NCBI GenBank assembly: GCA_965235115.1
Contig: OZ249436.1
Location: forward strand, 40,054,001 to 40,118,000
Source of the DNA: Laetmonice hystrix
Taxonomy: Eukaryota
Direction: 5' to 3'
Length of the DNA: 64,000 nucleotides
The translations under genes were made by a program, and so were the position numbers. Positions 58,701 to 64,000 of the stretch are shown in pieces (the first letter of the stretch is position 1; every line of letters begins with the position of its first letter). The notes beneath the pieces were generated by a model that was given only the letters and a program-made list of their open reading frames with translations, did no database searches and had not been told where the DNA came from.

Positions 58701-61700
58701 CAGTTTTGCCTGAAGTCATTACCTGAGGTGAGTCGCTCTCACCACAGCGACACGGGGCCGTGCCTGCCAGACGGGACAGACGCCACCGCGTGCCGGTAGA
58801 AGTCAGCCCACGCGGGCCGGTCTATGTGAGCGATGTGACCACAGCTACAGGGACCGCGGGCGGTACACCAGCACCCCCGGCAGACCGGCCTATGCACGGC
58901 GGCACCCGTGACACTGGACGGGTTTGAGACACTCTAATATCCCCATCTATAAACGAACTTTGGCAGGTAGAGATATTGAGCTGCATGGTGTTAAAAAAAC
59001 GTCCTGGAAGGGGATATTGTTTCATTTGATATTAACAAATAAAATTGCCCACCACACAGTCCAGGGCAATACTTAGCCTTGGCTTAGGCCTACCTCTTTT
59101 GCCTATAGATCTAGGCCTATTTCCTTTTTTGGGTGTTATTTCTTGGGGGGGGGGGGGGGGGGGGATTTTTAAAAATTTCCTGATTTCAGGAAATTTTCTG
59201 AAAACTTTCAACCCTGTTAAAGGCGCAGAAGTATAGACCTATTGCGCGAGATATAACGAAGCCTACAAAGTATGCGTCCCAGGCTCAGTACAGAGATGGA
59301 GGTCGCATTTCACCACTCCATGTGGACAAGCTGTCGTAATTTCTGTCATTATGCCAGTCACAACTGATCAGGTCCAGCTGCGCGTCGATGTTCACTTGTG
59401 GTATAACAGACTACCAGAGATATTTATCCGAACTTTCAAGTCCAGAATCGAGAGACTTGACATGAAGGCAATGGAGTATTTCATCGGAAATAAATATCTT
59501 ATGAAACATAAATGCACATAATATGTTGCTATAGGCCTATTGATTATTGAACTCGTGTTTGCCATGGATTTGGAGATAACGTCGATTACAAATTTATGTT
59601 GTACCATTTTGTTTAATATTCATGCAATGTTGGTGAATTGACTAAAAAAAAGACTTTTACGGGTCAAACATTACTCCGGGATGTGAAAATCATATAAAAT
59701 CCCTGAAAATACTCAATTTTGGTGAATTTCCATGCAATTTCAGTGAAGTATTAACAAAATATCTATTTTGCAGATTTCGATTCTGCATTTGATTATACTT
59801 TTTTAATCATAAAAACATAGTTCCTATAAGATGTTAAATTCGTGCAATGTATACAAAAAGAGCAACTTTGGAGGTAATTCCCTTTGAATTTCCCTTTAAA
59901 TTATATTTTAGAAATTAAAAGAAAAGAAAATCCCCAGTCTGTACAGGCCAGGCACACAGGCCGTGATATTCTAAGCAAGTTAAAAAAGATTTGAACACAA
60001 TTGGTGCTCAAATAGTTAAGATATAAGCACTTTAGTGCTGGGGCCTGCTTAGAGCGCTGCTCAGCTGTTAGAGGCCGCCATATTGTCTGCTCGTTGGGCT
60101 AATCCCAAATTGCGCATGCTCGACCTAGGCCTGACCAATCACAGCACCACTGCTCTCCAGTTTGGAAGGAACTAAAAACTGACGCACCTGTTGCGTTGAG
60201 CGATTCGGAAGGTAGCGAACGTTGACAGCTTATAAGCAAAACTTGTTAGAACATAGACGAAAACCATCGATAGTGATGAGGAATGGCTAGGAATTAAGCC
60301 TACCGATGTCAGGGGATATATCAGGGTGGACACGGATCTGGGCAGCCGTGGGTTTCGGCCGCCTGCATTCAATTCGCCCCGCTCGGAGGTGTGATGTTGA
60401 CGGAGCTCAGCGCCACTTGGCCCGGGCCCCACTCCGACTACGACCGCGGGCACTGGCAGTGTCAGCACCACAGGAGTCAGACTCCTGTGGTCACCACAGA
60501 CCTGTTGCGTTTAGTTGTGACTGTGACTTTGACTGTGGGACTGCCCCCGTCGATTTGCCCACCCGCCTCGGCCGCCTCTAGCCTAGTCTTTAGCCTAGAC
60601 CCGGCCTGCAATAGATGGGCACAAGGACGTCACTTACTTCCGGCCAGCTCAACAAATGGCTGCGCCGTTGAAGCCAGTGATTTTGACACGGTTGTCATGT
60701 TCAACATATGACTTCTTGGAATGGGGGGACATTTATTTCCAACCACTACTCTGAAAGGTGAGTATTATAGAGGCCTTGCAGCTGTCCAAATGTGATTTTT
60801 CACTGGACTTGTCCTTTAATCTAGAACCGCCATTTTTGTATATCTGATTTTATGATTAATTTTGTCCTTGGAAAAAGTTTTCTTAGGGGAATAGCTTTAT
60901 AGGTAAATATAGTGGAATTTTATTTTCATACAATTTTTCATTAATTTTCATGGCAATTATGGTTATATCGCATTTTTTTTATATATATAAAAATTCGCAC
61001 GGGCCCCACATTTTTTTCAGATTCGGATTCTACATTTAATTCTGGTCAGGTATGCCAATTTTCAGAGAAATCTAGTTGCTTTAATTTCAGCGTAGTCAGC
61101 CTCCTTAATTCTCTGCACTAGATGTAGGTCTCGCCTAGTTCTGGAGAGAAGGTTATATAACAGATTTCCATAGATCTGTGGTAAAAAAGTGATGAATGAA
61201 TCAAAACAGGACATCAGATGCAAGTCAATATTGACCGCTAGGCATGCGAGCAGGCGTGCCGTTTCAGACAGCATATTGGAGGCAGTGAACCGGTATACGT
61301 TTCTCAAATGTTAGCTGGTCCCGGTCTCCAACCGCTAATCTTGTTTGAAGGAGTTTTTTTCTAGTTCACAGTTTAAATACACTACAAGCCTCGAAACCCT
61401 CTGCTAGTCAAGTATGTATGAAACCGTGATCTTGCCAACTTAGACATAACCACACTCAAAAAGGCTTAGCTGGGAAGTAGGCTATTTTTCAAAAAATACA
61501 TATGTTTCTGTGGTGATGTTCCTTGCGTGTCTGACTGCACTATTTGTACAGCACATTATTTTTAGAAAAGCAATACTGCTTCGAGGTAGCAAAACCAGGG
61601 CCGTATCTAGCGGAGGGGGGGGGCAGGGGGCAGCTGTCCCCTCTAGGTAATCATGGGGAAAAGTGGCATTTTTAGGAGCAGGTGCCATTTTTAAGGGAGT

Positions 61701-64000
61701 AAATTCATCCTTGTAATCAGGGTGTCCTTCTGAACCTATAGCCCGCCCCCCGTTGGGTCGCACCCCCCGTTTCTGTCAAATTTGCCCCAATTTCTATATG
61801 AGCAGGTCATAATGGTAAGAATGTAGGCCTAGATGTTACAGTTTTAATAGCATTTTTTGAATGCATGCATGAACTCGAAATGGGAGATAAAGGGGGAGAA
61901 CTTCCCAAAGTGAGGGCGAGGGCGCGCACAAATTCCAAGCCATGCCACCCCCTTTTTGAAAAGTATCCAAGTCATGCCCCCCTCCCCTTTTTGAAAAGTG
62001 TCGTACGGGCCGCCCTGAAGTCTATTATCACAACAGGAAAATACACGCGTAGCCTATAGGCGTTTACGGGTCTGTAGCCACGCCTATATGTCCGATATTT
62101 TTGGAAATTGGATTTGGGATAACCATGCAAAACTAAACTAAACTAAAAGGCAGCAGGTAACAGAACCAAATGCTTACTTTTAACTTTTTATTTCGTCAGT
62201 ATTATGACAAAAGATTTCCTCTGATAGGCCTACTTTGCTACATTGTGTGCACCGGTTAGGATGTTTGCGTGAATAGAGGTTACACGTAAGGCATCATGGC
62301 CTTACGCGTAAGGCCATGAATAGGCCTATACATCATGCACAGTGAGATACATCTCCGTGTACTGTAACTCTATAATTCCACACCAGACAATTTCCCCGAC
62401 CCCCCCCCCCCCCCCCATAATGGACTTATCGTCTTGGTGGCCCATAAAGGGGGAACATTTCAAGCAGAACGGGATCCTGAGCAACCACGCTTCCTGGCAC
62501 AGACGATAAGTATCTGTCTCTTCCCGCCTGCAGCTCCTCAGCCTGTGACGGCGCCGTGTGTCTAAATATAGAACATGGCTCAGTAATCATCTTCCCGTCT
62601 CAATGGCTGAATAACAAGGGCAAGGCCATCGAAATGAAGGCGCCATGAAATGAATGAGTCGACACGATACATACATCAACCTGTTTCTCCTCTGAGTAAG
62701 ATGAACATCTTTAAATCTATTATTCCATGACTCAAATAATAATACAGCACATCTATAGACTTATGAAAGAATGAGTAGACTGATCTAGGCATAATAGTGT
62801 TATCAAACTCACCCATGAATCTGACCCCTCTAAAAGCAACAGTATGATCGAGATATCGTTAAGACCTGATCATGTCCTGGAATTTCATGAATTAATACCA
62901 GTAATATACATATTCTGGGCATTTAAACCAAAAGGACTAAATATGTCCAAGTTTCTGAAGTATATTGGAGTAGCACACTATTTTCGTAGTGACTAAAGCA
63001 AAATAATATATTAATAAAAACGTGCCAATTCTTACTAACTCAGCGGACTAACTGAACACAAACTGGAGATTTTATTCCAATACTATAATGAAGCATCTGA
63101 AGAGCATCTCCCATAACCCAACCCTCAAAATGCCCCCGAGGGTATCATGAGTCAAGCTTCCTCACTAGATCCTCCAGGTATAGTGATATTTAATAACGAC
63201 AAAAAAAATCATCGGTGTCAGGACGTTCCATGACTCTTCCATGACTTTTGGTAGTTTTTCAAAGTTCCATGACTTTTCCATTACTTTCCAGAGAATTATA
63301 TTGTCCAGGTTTTCTAGGCCCTTTGGGAACGTCGGTACTTAAAAGCAGGTCCGTAAATGGTATTCGGCAGAGGTGTAACTATAAAAATAAATGAATGAAA
63401 AAAAAGTTTCCTTTGTATTCCTTGAGAGGACAGAGTTATTCCGTTTTACAAGCATGCGAATAGTGTGAAATGGCTGAAAGGCATATTGCATTTAGCTGTT
63501 AACCGTTTACACTGTGAAACTGTTATATCGATAGCACGACTGTTATGGGGCCGTCCGACACCTGTAGACCTACACCTAAATAGTATAACAGAATTCAGGA
63601 TTTAAATCATGTACTGTATACACCGACGCTGGCCATGCACTGACGCAGTCCATTGTTGGTATATATAACACAAGTTGCCATACAGCCAAGTTTAGGTTGA
63701 ACGAGTGAAAGTAACCTTTGTGTCCCCTAGTCTACAACTGGTCTACGGCCTCCATTTTATTACTGAACATGGGACTCCGGCTTAAGTTGAGTATCAATTA
63801 TTATATAGGCTCAGCTATTTCTCGCAGTCTGAGATGGAGTTCCATCAATGTCCTCCTTCTAGATATGCTAGGCATCTATTATTCACTGGCGAACCTCCAG
63901 ACTTCGCCCCAAGGCCCTCGTCAGACAGTGCCACCGTTCTAGGATTTGTTAAACCTAATAGTATTAATCTGGCAACCTTTCAGCGAAGTTCCTTGCAATC

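Noticed and set aside
59930..60820. Possible Kolobok-like remnant (DEEWLGIKP; ends ...gtcct|ttaa)
   Set aside because: No matching left TIR found and no convincing ORF

Overview
Eukaryotic genomic DNA, by inference from a marine invertebrate (probably a lophotrochozoan such as an annelid). It has two main components. (1) A very young, full-length 8.06-kb Ty3/Gypsy LTR retroelement on the minus strand (2731-10792) with near-identical LTRs, an AGGT TSD, a tRNA-Arg PBS and a PPT. It encodes a small leader ORF, gag, a -1 frameshifted pol (broken by a short deletion between protease and RT) and an intact 554-aa env of the baculovirus-F/errantivirus type, so it looks like an invertebrate endogenous retrovirus. 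(2) A 21-exon plus-strand gene (ATG 21365, stop 53360), assembled by hand from GT-AG sites with consistent phases. It encodes about 956 aa: signal peptide - VWA - 146 Gly-X-Y triplets - 4 EGF-like modules - TM - cytoplasmic tail, i.e. a type I transmembrane collagen. The rest of the window is dense with PIF/Harbinger-type MITEs, a 1.5-kb intronic palindrome carrying Harbinger transposase remnants, minisatellites, and pogo and Gypsy relics. All calls were made by eye; no database searches were run.
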